In this document: positions 56,886 through 64,000 of the stretch, one piece after another
Numbering within the stretch: position 1 is the first letter of the stretch
Layout: every line of letters begins with the position of its first letter
Origin: Actinomycetes bacterium
Lineage (GTDB): Bacteria > Actinomycetota > Actinomycetes > Nanopelagicales > Nanopelagicaceae
Reading direction: 5' to 3'
DNA length: 64,000 nt
NCBI GenBank assembly: GCA_031360585.1
Contig: JANMBV010000022.1
Location: 31,694 to 95,693 of the forward strand
Position numbers and translations under genes: made by a program
Notes under the pieces: generated by a model
The model's input: only the letters and a program-made list of their open reading frames with translations
Told to the model about the DNA's origin: nothing
Database searches by the model: none

Positions 56886-57486
56886 TTCTGACTTGACGAT
56901 TCAGACATATCGGGAAAATTTTGACAAATACGTGGCTCGAACTGGCAGCGAGCCACGTGGGGAGTTTAAGGAACTACTCGACTCATTCGCCTCCTGTCTA
57001 CCTGAGAAGGGCTCCGTATTTGAAATTGGATCTGCGTCCGGACGCGATGCGCGATACTTGGCATCAAGGGGTTTTAACGTCACGTGCACTGACGTAATTC
57101 CAGAAGCCCTTGCGAGACTTTCAGAACACGGTTTTGAGACTGCAGAGTTCGATTTCCGAACTGATCCTAAGCCTGAGTGGATTGGCAATTTTGATGGGGT
57201 TTTTGCAAATGCGTCGCTTTTACATGCCTCTCAAGATGTTTTTGAAAATGCCTTGAAGAACGTCACTCTGATGTTAAAGCCACGTGGAGTCTTTGCTTTT
57301 TCATTGAAGACAGGCGAAGGCGAGGAGATCACCACAGAGAAAATGGATGCTCCCAGGTATTTCAATTATCACTCAGAGTCGGAAATCAGAGGAATTCTCA
57401 CCAGTCTTTCTTTCGAAATCCCTTCCCTTTCTTATGCTGAACAAGGAAAATGGCTGCACGTCATCGTGAGGAACTCCGGGCAGTAG
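56875..57486 (+). CDS. Class I SAM-dependent methyltransferase
   Basis: 203 aa with motif I (VFEIGSASGRDARYL) and the post-I acidic residue (CTDV). Start overlaps the upstream stop. Confidence 0.8.
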   Translation: MMNNSDLTIQTYRENFDKYVARTGSEPRGEFKELLDSFASCLPEKGSVFEIGSASGRDARYLASRGFNVTCTDVIPEALARLSEHGFETAEFDFRTDPKPEWIGNFDGVFANASLLHASQDVFENALKNVTLMLKPRGVFAFSLKTGEGEEITTEKMDAPRYFNYHSESEIRGILTSLSFEIPSLSYAEQGKWLHVIVRNSGQ

Positions 57487-57508
57487 CCGAAAAGGAGTTA
57501 TTTAAGGT

Positions 57509-57537
57509 TTGACTTAATTAAATAAACTCTTTAATAT
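57509..57537 (+). promoter_or_regulatory. Sigma-70-type promoter giving a probable leaderless arsR-family transcript
   Basis: TTGACT (57509-57514), a 17-nt spacer, TAATAT (57532-57537), then 6 nt (CTTCCC) and the ATG at 57544. No Shine-Dalgarno is present. An AT-rich imperfect dyad centred on TTAATTAA (57515-57522) lies in the spacer. Confidence 0.45.
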
Positions 57538-57543
57538 CTTCCC

Positions 57544-57888
57544 ATGGACGTATTTGAAGCGTTGGCAGCCCCGACCAGGCGCGAGATTATTGAAATGCTT
57601 TCAAGCAAAGGCAGGCTTTCGGCTACCGATATCTATCAACGCTTTGACGCCAGTCCGCCTGCCATTTCTCAGCACTTGAAGGTCCTTAGGGAGGCAAAGC
57701 TGGTTCGTGTTGCTAGACAGGGGCAACTAAGAATTTACGAGATCGATCCAAAGGGCTTGGACGAAATCCAGGAGTGGTCACGAAGAATGACGCTCCTGCG
57801 GACTAAGAGATTTGATGCCATTGAGAAGGTACTACAGGCAGAGAAAGCGAAAGTGAAGTCCCGTAATAAAAAGAAGAGGGCGCAATGA
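57544..57888 (+). CDS. ArsR/SmtB-family transcriptional regulator
   Basis: 114 aa with LA.PTRREI...L.......T.I........P.ISQHLKVLREA.LV winged-helix signature. Confidence 0.85.
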   Translation: MDVFEALAAPTRREIIEMLSSKGRLSATDIYQRFDASPPAISQHLKVLREAKLVRVARQGQLRIYEIDPKGLDEIQEWSRRMTLLRTKRFDAIEKVLQAEKAKVKSRNKKKRAQ

Positions 57889-58382
57889 CCATAGGAACGC
57901 ATGAATTGAGAGTGGAACGAGTCTTCGATGCATCCCCCGAACTCGTCTGGAAAGTCTGGACGACACCTGAATTGATTATGCAGTGGTGGGGTCCCAATTA
58001 CTTTACATCGCCGATCTGCACGGTTGATCTCCGCGTCGGGGGCAAGTATCTATTTTGTATGCGCGGCCCGGATGGATCGGATTATTGGAGTGGGGGAACC
58101 TACAATGAGGTCGTTCCCTTCCAGAAATTGGTCTGTACCGATGCCTTCGCCAATGAACACGGTGACAGGATTGATCCCACAGAATATGGATTTGACCCAA
58201 TTTTCCCGAAAGAGAATGTAGTCACGATTACGTTTACCCTAGAGGGCGACAAAACAAAGGTAACCGTTCTGTACGTCGTCGAATCCGCCGAAGTTCTCGA
58301 AATTATGCGTAAGGTTCAGATGAAAGAAGGTTGGGAAACCTCTCTCGACAAATTCGAAATCACTCTCGCGGGCCAACTATAG
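57885..58382 (+). CDS. SRPBCC-fold protein (AHSA1/Aha1-like domain)
   Basis: 165 aa. R.F.A.PE.VW..WT.PE....WWGP is typical of the ArsR-linked SRPBCC family. ATGA-coupled to the arsR-family gene. Confidence 0.8.
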   Translation: MTIGTHELRVERVFDASPELVWKVWTTPELIMQWWGPNYFTSPICTVDLRVGGKYLFCMRGPDGSDYWSGGTYNEVVPFQKLVCTDAFANEHGDRIDPTEYGFDPIFPKENVVTITFTLEGDKTKVTVLYVVESAEVLEIMRKVQMKEGWETSLDKFEITLAGQL

Positions 58383-58402
58383 AAGTCAGTGGAAGGTTGG
58401 GT

Positions 58403-58981
58403 ATGGCCAAGATTCGAATGTACAACTTCGTCAGTGCTGATGGCTTTTATGCGGGGCTCAATGATGAAATTGACTGGTTCACCGACGAGCGAATTGAAAT
58501 CGATGGGCAAGAAGAACTTCCGCATCTAAGGCCCCAAGTGCCTAGGACTTTGATCTTCGGAAGAAGCACGTACGAAATGATGAGAGAGTATTGGTCTTCA
58601 ACCCAAGCTATGGAGGACGATCCGCGTACTACCTTCAAGATGCGGGAGAGTCCGAAGATCGTTTTTTCGAAGACTCTGGACGGTACCGGCGAGGGGCCAA
58701 CGTGGAAATCTGTCACATTGTTGAATTCCATTGACCCTGCGCATTTCAGATACCTCAAAGAGAGTACCTCTCATGACATGACGATTCTGGGTAGCGGCAC
58801 AATCGTTCGCCAATTCTTTGATGCTGGCCTTCTAGATGAACTCGAATATATGGTGATTCCGATTGTCCTTGCCGAGGGCAAGCCTCTGCTAAGTCAGGTT
58901 GAGATTTCGAAATTGACTCTATCTATGGAGCGAAAGTATCAGAAGGGGATTGTTTCACGCACCTATTTGGTGAATCCCTAG
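58403..58981 (+). CDS. Dihydrofolate-reductase-like protein (RibD C-terminal domain family)
   Basis: MAKIRMYNFVSADGFYAG......W........FGR.TYE....W..., plus a later ..LGSGT.V..F.....DE........P...G.G..L pattern. The start was chosen at the ATG at 58403. Confidence 0.8.
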   Translation: MAKIRMYNFVSADGFYAGLNDEIDWFTDERIEIDGQEELPHLRPQVPRTLIFGRSTYEMMREYWSSTQAMEDDPRTTFKMRESPKIVFSKTLDGTGEGPTWKSVTLLNSIDPAHFRYLKESTSHDMTILGSGTIVRQFFDAGLLDELEYMVIPIVLAEGKPLLSQVEISKLTLSMERKYQKGIVSRTYLVNP

Positions 58982-60276
58982 ACCCAGGAGGGTAGCCACA
59001 TCCGGTAGCTCCATTGGCTGTATGGCAGAACCGAGCCATTGAAGATCGGCAAGAAGTAAAGGAAATTCAGGGCAATCAATAGCACGAAGATTCCAACGAC
59101 GAGCATCTTCTTCCGCGGCCAAGGCGGGACGCTCAAGAACTTCTTCGCACAGTAAACCAGCGCCAGGACGACAAAGGGCTCGAAGACTATTGCGTAGAAA
59201 GTGAAGACAGTTCGACGTTGGAAGAAGAACCAAGGCAAATACCCTGCCGCAATGCCGAGCAGAATGAAACCTGTCACGAAGTCAGGCTGCCTCGTTATGA
59301 GCAGACTTCGTACCCAGAAGCCAAAAACCACAGCGACGGCTATGGTTCCCAGCCACCAGAGCAACGGTGTGCCGAGGGCGAGAACTTCTTGCGAGCAACT
59401 CTTGGCACCGCCACACGCAGACGGCGTTCCGTAGTAGAAAGAAGTTGGACGACCCATCACCATCCAACTCCATGGATTGGCTTGGTAGGTATGGTGTTGT
59501 GTCAGGCCCCTATGGAAGCCGAGAATCTCTGCGTGATAGTGCCAGAGTGAACGCAGGGATCGCGGGACGAATCCGAATCCAAATGAAGCCGGATTGGTGT
59601 CGGCCCATTGTCTGTCCCACCCACGTGAAGACATGAACCACCCGGTCCACGTGGCAATGTAGGTGGCAACCGGAACGAGGAAGAACTGCGCAAATCTAGT
59701 ATGCAGCAATCTGAAGAAAGGCTGGATTTTTCCTCGGTCACGATAGACCGTGAGGAGAGCGAAGGCGGCGAGAAAGTAAACCCCGCTCCATTTTGTTCCG
59801 CATGCAAGACCAAACCAGATTCCAGTACGCCAGTAATGCCCCTTGAGCCAGGACATCACTGCTAGAAGTACGAAGAGAGTGAGGAAAAGATCTAGGAGTG
59901 CTGTTCGCGAGTGCACGAGGTTCAATCCATCAACTGCCATCAATAGCGATGCCAGGGTGCTAAACCAGGGGTTTATAAAGAGGCGCTGTGCGATTTTGCC
60001 GACGAGATAGATGGTGAGAGCCCCGGCAATTGCCACGCTAATACGCCAACCAAATTCATTGTTTCCAAATATCTTGATTCCAAGGGCGATGCACCATTTG
60101 CCGACGGGTGGATGAACTATGAATTCGGGCCCGGAGCCACTGACTTCCACCCCATGAGCTAGATAATCTCGCGCGCCATCGACGTAATAGAGCTCATCGA
60201 AAACCAAGCCCTTAGGAAGTCCCAAATGAAAGAGTCGGAGTGCGAAGGAGACAATGGCGATCAGAATTGGGCCCAC
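58978..60276 (-). CDS. Protein O-mannosyltransferase / phospholipid-carrier-dependent glycosyltransferase (GT39, Pmt-like)
   Basis: Polytopic, 432 aa, with N-terminal RL..LG.P....FDE.YY and the conserved position divergent from rsmI. It is shorter than the roughly 500-aa Pmt proteins I remember, so the exact start is uncertain. Confidence 0.7.
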   Translation of the reverse strand: MGPILIAIVSFALRLFHLGLPKGLVFDELYYVDGARDYLAHGVEVSGSGPEFIVHPPVGKWCIALGIKIFGNNEFGWRISVAIAGALTIYLVGKIAQRLFINPWFSTLASLLMAVDGLNLVHSRTALLDLFLTLFVLLAVMSWLKGHYWRTGIWFGLACGTKWSGVYFLAAFALLTVYRDRGKIQPFFRLLHTRFAQFFLVPVATYIATWTGWFMSSRGWDRQWADTNPASFGFGFVPRSLRSLWHYHAEILGFHRGLTQHHTYQANPWSWMVMGRPTSFYYGTPSACGGAKSCSQEVLALGTPLLWWLGTIAVAVVFGFWVRSLLITRQPDFVTGFILLGIAAGYLPWFFFQRRTVFTFYAIVFEPFVVLALVYCAKKFLSVPPWPRKKMLVVGIFVLLIALNFLYFLPIFNGSVLPYSQWSYRMWLPSWV

Positions 60277-60323
60277 AGGGTTAGCCTAAGCGAGAACAGA
60301 AAGATAACTGAGAGGATTTGGCC

Positions 60324-61175
60324 ATGACTTTGACCCTTGCCGGTATTCCTCTGGGAAATCCGGGGGATGCGAGCACGCGTCTCAAGGATGCCATCGAGAG
60401 TGCGGGCATCGTCGCGGCTGAGGATTCGCGAAAATTTCACCGTTTGTGCGCGGATTTGAATATCGATTTCAAGGGGCGGGTCCTGTCTTTCTTCGAAGGC
60501 AACGAGCAGGAGAGAACTGCGGAGATCTTGACCATGCTTGAAGCGGGAACTTCGGTCCTGGTTGTATCTGATGCAGGAATGCCGACGATTAGCGATCCGG
60601 GCTTTCGATTGATGCGAGATGCGATTGGTGCTGGGATTCCAGTTGCGGTTGTGCCAGGACCTAGCGCTGTGACTACCGCAATTGCCCTGGCCGGGCTGCC
60701 AACGGATAGATTTGTCTTTGAAGGTTTTTCTCCAAGGACACCTGGGGCACGTGAGAAGTTCTTTGAGAATTTGCGAAATGAGGAACGTACGATCGTCTGG
60801 TTTGAAGCACCTCATCGCCTCCTTGATTCGCTGGAGGATGCCGTGGCAGTCTTCGGCCCCAATCGTCGTGGGGCCATCTGTCGTGAGATGACCAAGCGAT
60901 ACGAGGAGACAATCCGCGCGAGCCTTGGCGAGCTCCTTTTCTGGGCACAGAACAATGAGGTCCGGGGCGAGATCACGATGGTTTTGGAAGGTGCGCCTAG
61001 CAATTCTGCAGAGATCACTTCAGAGGCCATGGTCTCACGCGTTAAGGAATATGAATCTGCCGGGATGGATCGGAAATCTGCGATTGCGACAGTGGCTGAA
61101 GAATTCTCTGTCGCCAAGCGTGTGGTCTTCGCCTCGATGGTTGACTCTAAATCAACCTCTAAGATAACGACATGA
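60324..61175 (+). CDS. rsmI: 16S rRNA (cytidine1402-2'-O)-methyltransferase RsmI
   Basis: L.L.G.PLGN..D.S.R....L.......AEDSR, SDAGMP.ISDPG and FEGF.P are typical RsmI motifs. ATG at 60324 with GAGAGGA 8 nt upstream (the track start TTG 60318 is also possible). Confidence 0.9.
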   Translation: MTLTLAGIPLGNPGDASTRLKDAIESAGIVAAEDSRKFHRLCADLNIDFKGRVLSFFEGNEQERTAEILTMLEAGTSVLVVSDAGMPTISDPGFRLMRDAIGAGIPVAVVPGPSAVTTAIALAGLPTDRFVFEGFSPRTPGAREKFFENLRNEERTIVWFEAPHRLLDSLEDAVAVFGPNRRGAICREMTKRYEETIRASLGELLFWAQNNEVRGEITMVLEGAPSNSAEITSEAMVSRVKEYESAGMDRKSAIATVAEEFSVAKRVVFASMVDSKSTSKITT

Positions 61176-62752
61176 CGAAATCTTCGCCGGGTAAGACTTT
61201 TTACCTAACTACTCCTATTTACTACGTTAATAGCGCTCCACACATCGGTCACGCGTATACGACCGTGGCAGGAGATGTGCTCACTCGTTGGCACCGCCAG
61301 AAGGGCGAACCCGTCTGGTACCTAACAGGCACTGACGAGCACGGCGAGAAGATTCTGCGAGCAGCCGTTGCCAATGGTGTCTCTCCGCAGGCATGGGTAG
61401 ACAACCTCGTGGATACGGAATGGAAGCCAAATTGGGCCTCACTCAACATTGCCAATGATGATTTCATCCGCACAACCGAGCCGCGGCATACCGAGCGTGT
61501 GCAAAAGTTCCTGACAGGTTTGAAAGATGCCGGCTACATATATCCAGGAAAATACGAAGGTCCGTACTGTGTTGGGTGTGAAGAGTTCAAATTACCTGGT
61601 GATCTGGTGGAGAAAGATGGCAAGCAGACGTGCTCGGTTCACGGCACTCCAATCGAGATTGTCAAAGAAGACAATTGGTTTTTCAAGCTTTCTGAATTCG
61701 TAGAGCCATTACTCAAGCACTATCGTGACAATCCAGAGGCATGCCAGCCTGATACCGCGCGCAATGAGGTTGTTTCCTTCCTCAACGGCGGCGTGACAGA
61801 TCTGTCGATCTCGCGATCAACTTTTGATTGGGGTATCCAAGTTCCGTGGGACAAGGATCAGGTCTTCTATGTCTGGTTTGATGCGCTCTTGAATTACGCG
61901 ACGGCCGTTGGATTGGGAGATGATCCAGAGAGCGAAGGTGGCAAGAAATTCGGGCAAGTGTGGCCGCCAGATGTTCACCTTGTCGGGCGAGAGATCCTGC
62001 GCTTCCACGCAGTGATATGGCCCGCCATGTTGATGGCAGCCGGGCTTGCGACACCCAAGAAAGTTTTTGCCCACGGTTGGCTGCTTGTCGGCGGCGAGAA
62101 GATGAGCAAGAGCAAGCTCACCGGAATTGTCCCCAAGGAGATCACCGATCATTTCGGCGTCGATGCATTTCGTTATTACTTTCTGCGCGCCATTCCGTTT
62201 GGTAGCGATGGCTCTTTCTCGTGGGAGGACATGCACGCCCGTTACACCAGTGAATTGGCCAATGATTTCGGCAACCTCTCCTCTCGCCTTACTGCGATGA
62301 TCGAGAAGTACTGCCAGGGAATCATTCCGGGGGCAAGTCATGACAAGAAACTTGCCGAAGGACTCATTGCAACTGTTGAAACCGCTGACGCTGCAATCTG
62401 CGATCTGGATTTCCAGGGCGGTATCGTAGCCATCATGGAATTCTGCAAGCAGGTCAATGGATATGTGACCATCAAGGAGCCATGGATCCTGGCGAAGGAC
62501 CCAGCCAATAAGGCAGAACTCGAAGCCGTCCTCTACAACACGGCCGAGTCATTGCGCGCTCTTGCAGTTCTCTTGAACGCAGTCATGCCCGCAACCTGCG
62601 AGATTCTCTGGGAGTCCTTAGGCGCTAACAAATCAATCGGCGCTTTGAAGGATCAGCACATTGGCGATGCGGCCACATGGGGCCGGCTTCCCGCTGGATC
62701 CGCCGTTACCAAGAGCGCATCCCTTTTCCCTCGTCTAGATGTAATCGCATAA
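61172..62752 (+). CDS. metG: Methionine--tRNA ligase
   Basis: Class I synthetase motifs P.YYVNS.PHIGHAY (HIGH) and KMSKS, at about 526 aa. Start overlaps the rsmI stop. Confidence 0.95.
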   Translation: MTKSSPGKTFYLTTPIYYVNSAPHIGHAYTTVAGDVLTRWHRQKGEPVWYLTGTDEHGEKILRAAVANGVSPQAWVDNLVDTEWKPNWASLNIANDDFIRTTEPRHTERVQKFLTGLKDAGYIYPGKYEGPYCVGCEEFKLPGDLVEKDGKQTCSVHGTPIEIVKEDNWFFKLSEFVEPLLKHYRDNPEACQPDTARNEVVSFLNGGVTDLSISRSTFDWGIQVPWDKDQVFYVWFDALLNYATAVGLGDDPESEGGKKFGQVWPPDVHLVGREILRFHAVIWPAMLMAAGLATPKKVFAHGWLLVGGEKMSKSKLTGIVPKEITDHFGVDAFRYYFLRAIPFGSDGSFSWEDMHARYTSELANDFGNLSSRLTAMIEKYCQGIIPGASHDKKLAEGLIATVETADAAICDLDFQGGIVAIMEFCKQVNGYVTIKEPWILAKDPANKAELEAVLYNTAESLRALAVLLNAVMPATCEILWESLGANKSIGALKDQHIGDAATWGRLPAGSAVTKSASLFPRLDVIA

Positions 62753-62757
62753 CGTCG

Positions 62758-63618
62758 ATGGCGGATCGGCACAACCGGGATATTGACCGCCCCATGGCGC
62801 CGCCGCCTGTGGCTCTGCCAGTGCCGACAGTGGACGCGCATGCACATATCGAAATCATCACGAACACTGCTCCCGATTCTGCAGAGGTCGGCGAGGTTTT
62901 AGCGCAGGCAAAATCTGTCGGCGTGGATCGAGTTGTTCAAGTTGGATACTCAGCCAGGCAATCGCAATGGTGTGTCGATGCGGCCGAGTATTGGAGTGAC
63001 ACGGTCCTTGCTGCCGTTGCTCTGCATCCCAATGAAGCTCCGGTTGTCAAAGATCTCGCACATGATCTGACAATCATCGAGAAGTTGGCCATGCATCCAC
63101 GTGTCCGCGCCATCGGTGAGACTGGTCTCGATTACTTCCGAACCGCGCCCGAGTTGCGTGGCGTGCAGCAAGAATCCTTTAAGTGGCACATTGAACTGGC
63201 GAAGAGAACAAAGAAAGCACTTGTCATCCACGATCGCGATTCGCACGAGGATATTCTTTCGATCCTCCTTGAAGTGGGAGCACCTGAAGTCACCGTCTTC
63301 CATTGCTTCTCCGGCGATGTTGAGATGGCCAAGACCTGCATCGACCGCGGCTATGTCCTCTCCTTCGCCGGCACGATCACCTTCAAGAACGCCCCACAAT
63401 TGCGGGAGGCAGTGAAGTTAGTTCCGGTTGAGCAGCTCCTAGTGGAGACGGATTCGCCCTTTCTGACTCCCTCACCTCACCGCGGACTTCTCAATTCGCC
63501 AGCGCAGATCGCCACCATTGTGCGTGCTGTGGCTGTGGAGCGCGCTCAAGATCTGGCAGAACTCGCTACCGCCCTGAGCGATAACGCAGAGCGCATCTTT
63601 GGGCCGTTCTCCTTATGA
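62758..63618 (+). CDS. TatD-family metal-dependent hydrolase (DNase)
   Basis: VDAHAHI, GE.GLDY, H.RD...D, FHCFSG and ETD.PFL.P motifs. The start was chosen at the ATG at 62758, not the track start inside metG. Confidence 0.9.
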   Translation: MADRHNRDIDRPMAPPPVALPVPTVDAHAHIEIITNTAPDSAEVGEVLAQAKSVGVDRVVQVGYSARQSQWCVDAAEYWSDTVLAAVALHPNEAPVVKDLAHDLTIIEKLAMHPRVRAIGETGLDYFRTAPELRGVQQESFKWHIELAKRTKKALVIHDRDSHEDILSILLEVGAPEVTVFHCFSGDVEMAKTCIDRGYVLSFAGTITFKNAPQLREAVKLVPVEQLLVETDSPFLTPSPHRGLLNSPAQIATIVRAVAVERAQDLAELATALSDNAERIFGPFSL

Positions 63619-64000
63619 GCCTGCTGGGCGTAGCTGAAATCAGAGCCCTGGCTGCACAATTGGATCTCAAACCCGCCAAGGCGCTGGGGCAGAACTTCGT
63701 TATCGACGCCAATATCTGCCGAAAGATTGTGAAGGTCGCAGGGGTATCCGCCTCCGATGTTGCCCTTGAGATCGGGCCTGGATTGGGTTCGCTGACTTTG
63801 GCATTGCTCGATGTTGCAGCAAGTGTGATTGCCATTGAGATCGATCCGCGATTGGCGCAGCAACTTCCCTTCACCGTAGAGGCGCACTCGGATCATTCTG
63901 AGAATCTCACTGTCATTAACACCGATGCCCTGCTAGTCACAGAGTTACCGCAATCACCGACGGTCCTTGTGGCAAATCTTCCTTACAATATCTCCGTTCC
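63615..64000 (+). CDS. rsmA: 16S rRNA (adenine1518/1519-N6)-dimethyltransferase RsmA/KsgA, 3'-partial
   Basis: Hand-translated; absent from the ORF track because it runs off the window. Sequence: [39 protein letters not shown]...[14 protein letters not shown]...[10 protein letters not shown]. The ATG overlaps the tatD stop (ATGA). Confidence 0.85.
   Translation, partial: MSLLGVAEIRALAAQLDLKPAKALGQNFVIDANICRKIVKVAGVSASDVALEIGPGLGSLTLALLDVAASVIAIEIDPRLAQQLPFTVEAHSDHSENLTVINTDALLVTELPQSPTVLVANLPYNISV

Noticed and set aside
60261-60815. 184-aa minus-strand ORF across the pmt start and rsmI
   Set aside because: Antisense to rsmI, which has strong family motifs. Arg/Ser/Gln-rich with no motif.

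Overview
This is a gene-dense 64-kb chromosomal segment with about 60 CDS, 2 tRNAs and almost no non-coding DNA; six convergent gene pairs overlap at their 3' ends. It looks like a moderately low-GC actinobacterium. The supporting gene neighbourhoods are murT-gatD, DUF3263 plus CIRCE-controlled groEL, DUF3027 plus csp, serC-pdxH-citrate synthase, MMPL/TetR, CopC-CopD/CtaG, FmdB zinc ribbon ... 5-FCL-moeA(glp)-rimJ-glpR, and pmt-rsmI-metG-tatD-rsmA.

Accessory content:
- Two sugar ABC-uptake/glycosidase operons: an alpha-glucan one with three GH13 enzymes and a beta-glucoside one with a GH1 enzyme. Neither has its own ATPase or regulator.
- Homospermidine synthase and photolyase.
- A polytopic GGDEF protein.
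- A saccharopine-dehydrogenase-family/GMC oxidoreductase pair.
- Two AT-richer blocks: 40.6-45.8 kb next to tRNA-Arg, and 56.2-59.0 kb.

I saw no rRNA, CRISPR array, prophage, integrase or intact IS.

Observations most worth follow-up:
1. An A7/T7 homopolymer frameshift separates a good signal peptide from a BNR/Asp-box repeat protein in the tRNA-Arg-adjacent block.
2. An identical 36-bp terminator hairpin sits on both sides of a secreted Ala-rich protein gene wedged into the conserved groEL-DUF3027-csp neighbourhood.
3. A strongly reduced, probably non-catalytic MoeA/gephyrin-like gene lies with a GNAT and a SepX/GlpR-like membrane protein.
4. An IS481-like transposase relic with two tandem IR-like 22-nt repeats abuts tRNA-Ala.
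5. A Cys-containing N-terminal module is shared by two secreted proteins.
6. The tRNA-Arg(CCT) carries C instead of the near-universal U at position 55.

I did not find an unambiguous new multi-gene system. The candidates above are hypotheses.

All calls come from reading the translations and sequence by eye and from remembered family motifs. No searches, folding or statistics were run. GC statements rest on hand counts of a few 60-nt lines.
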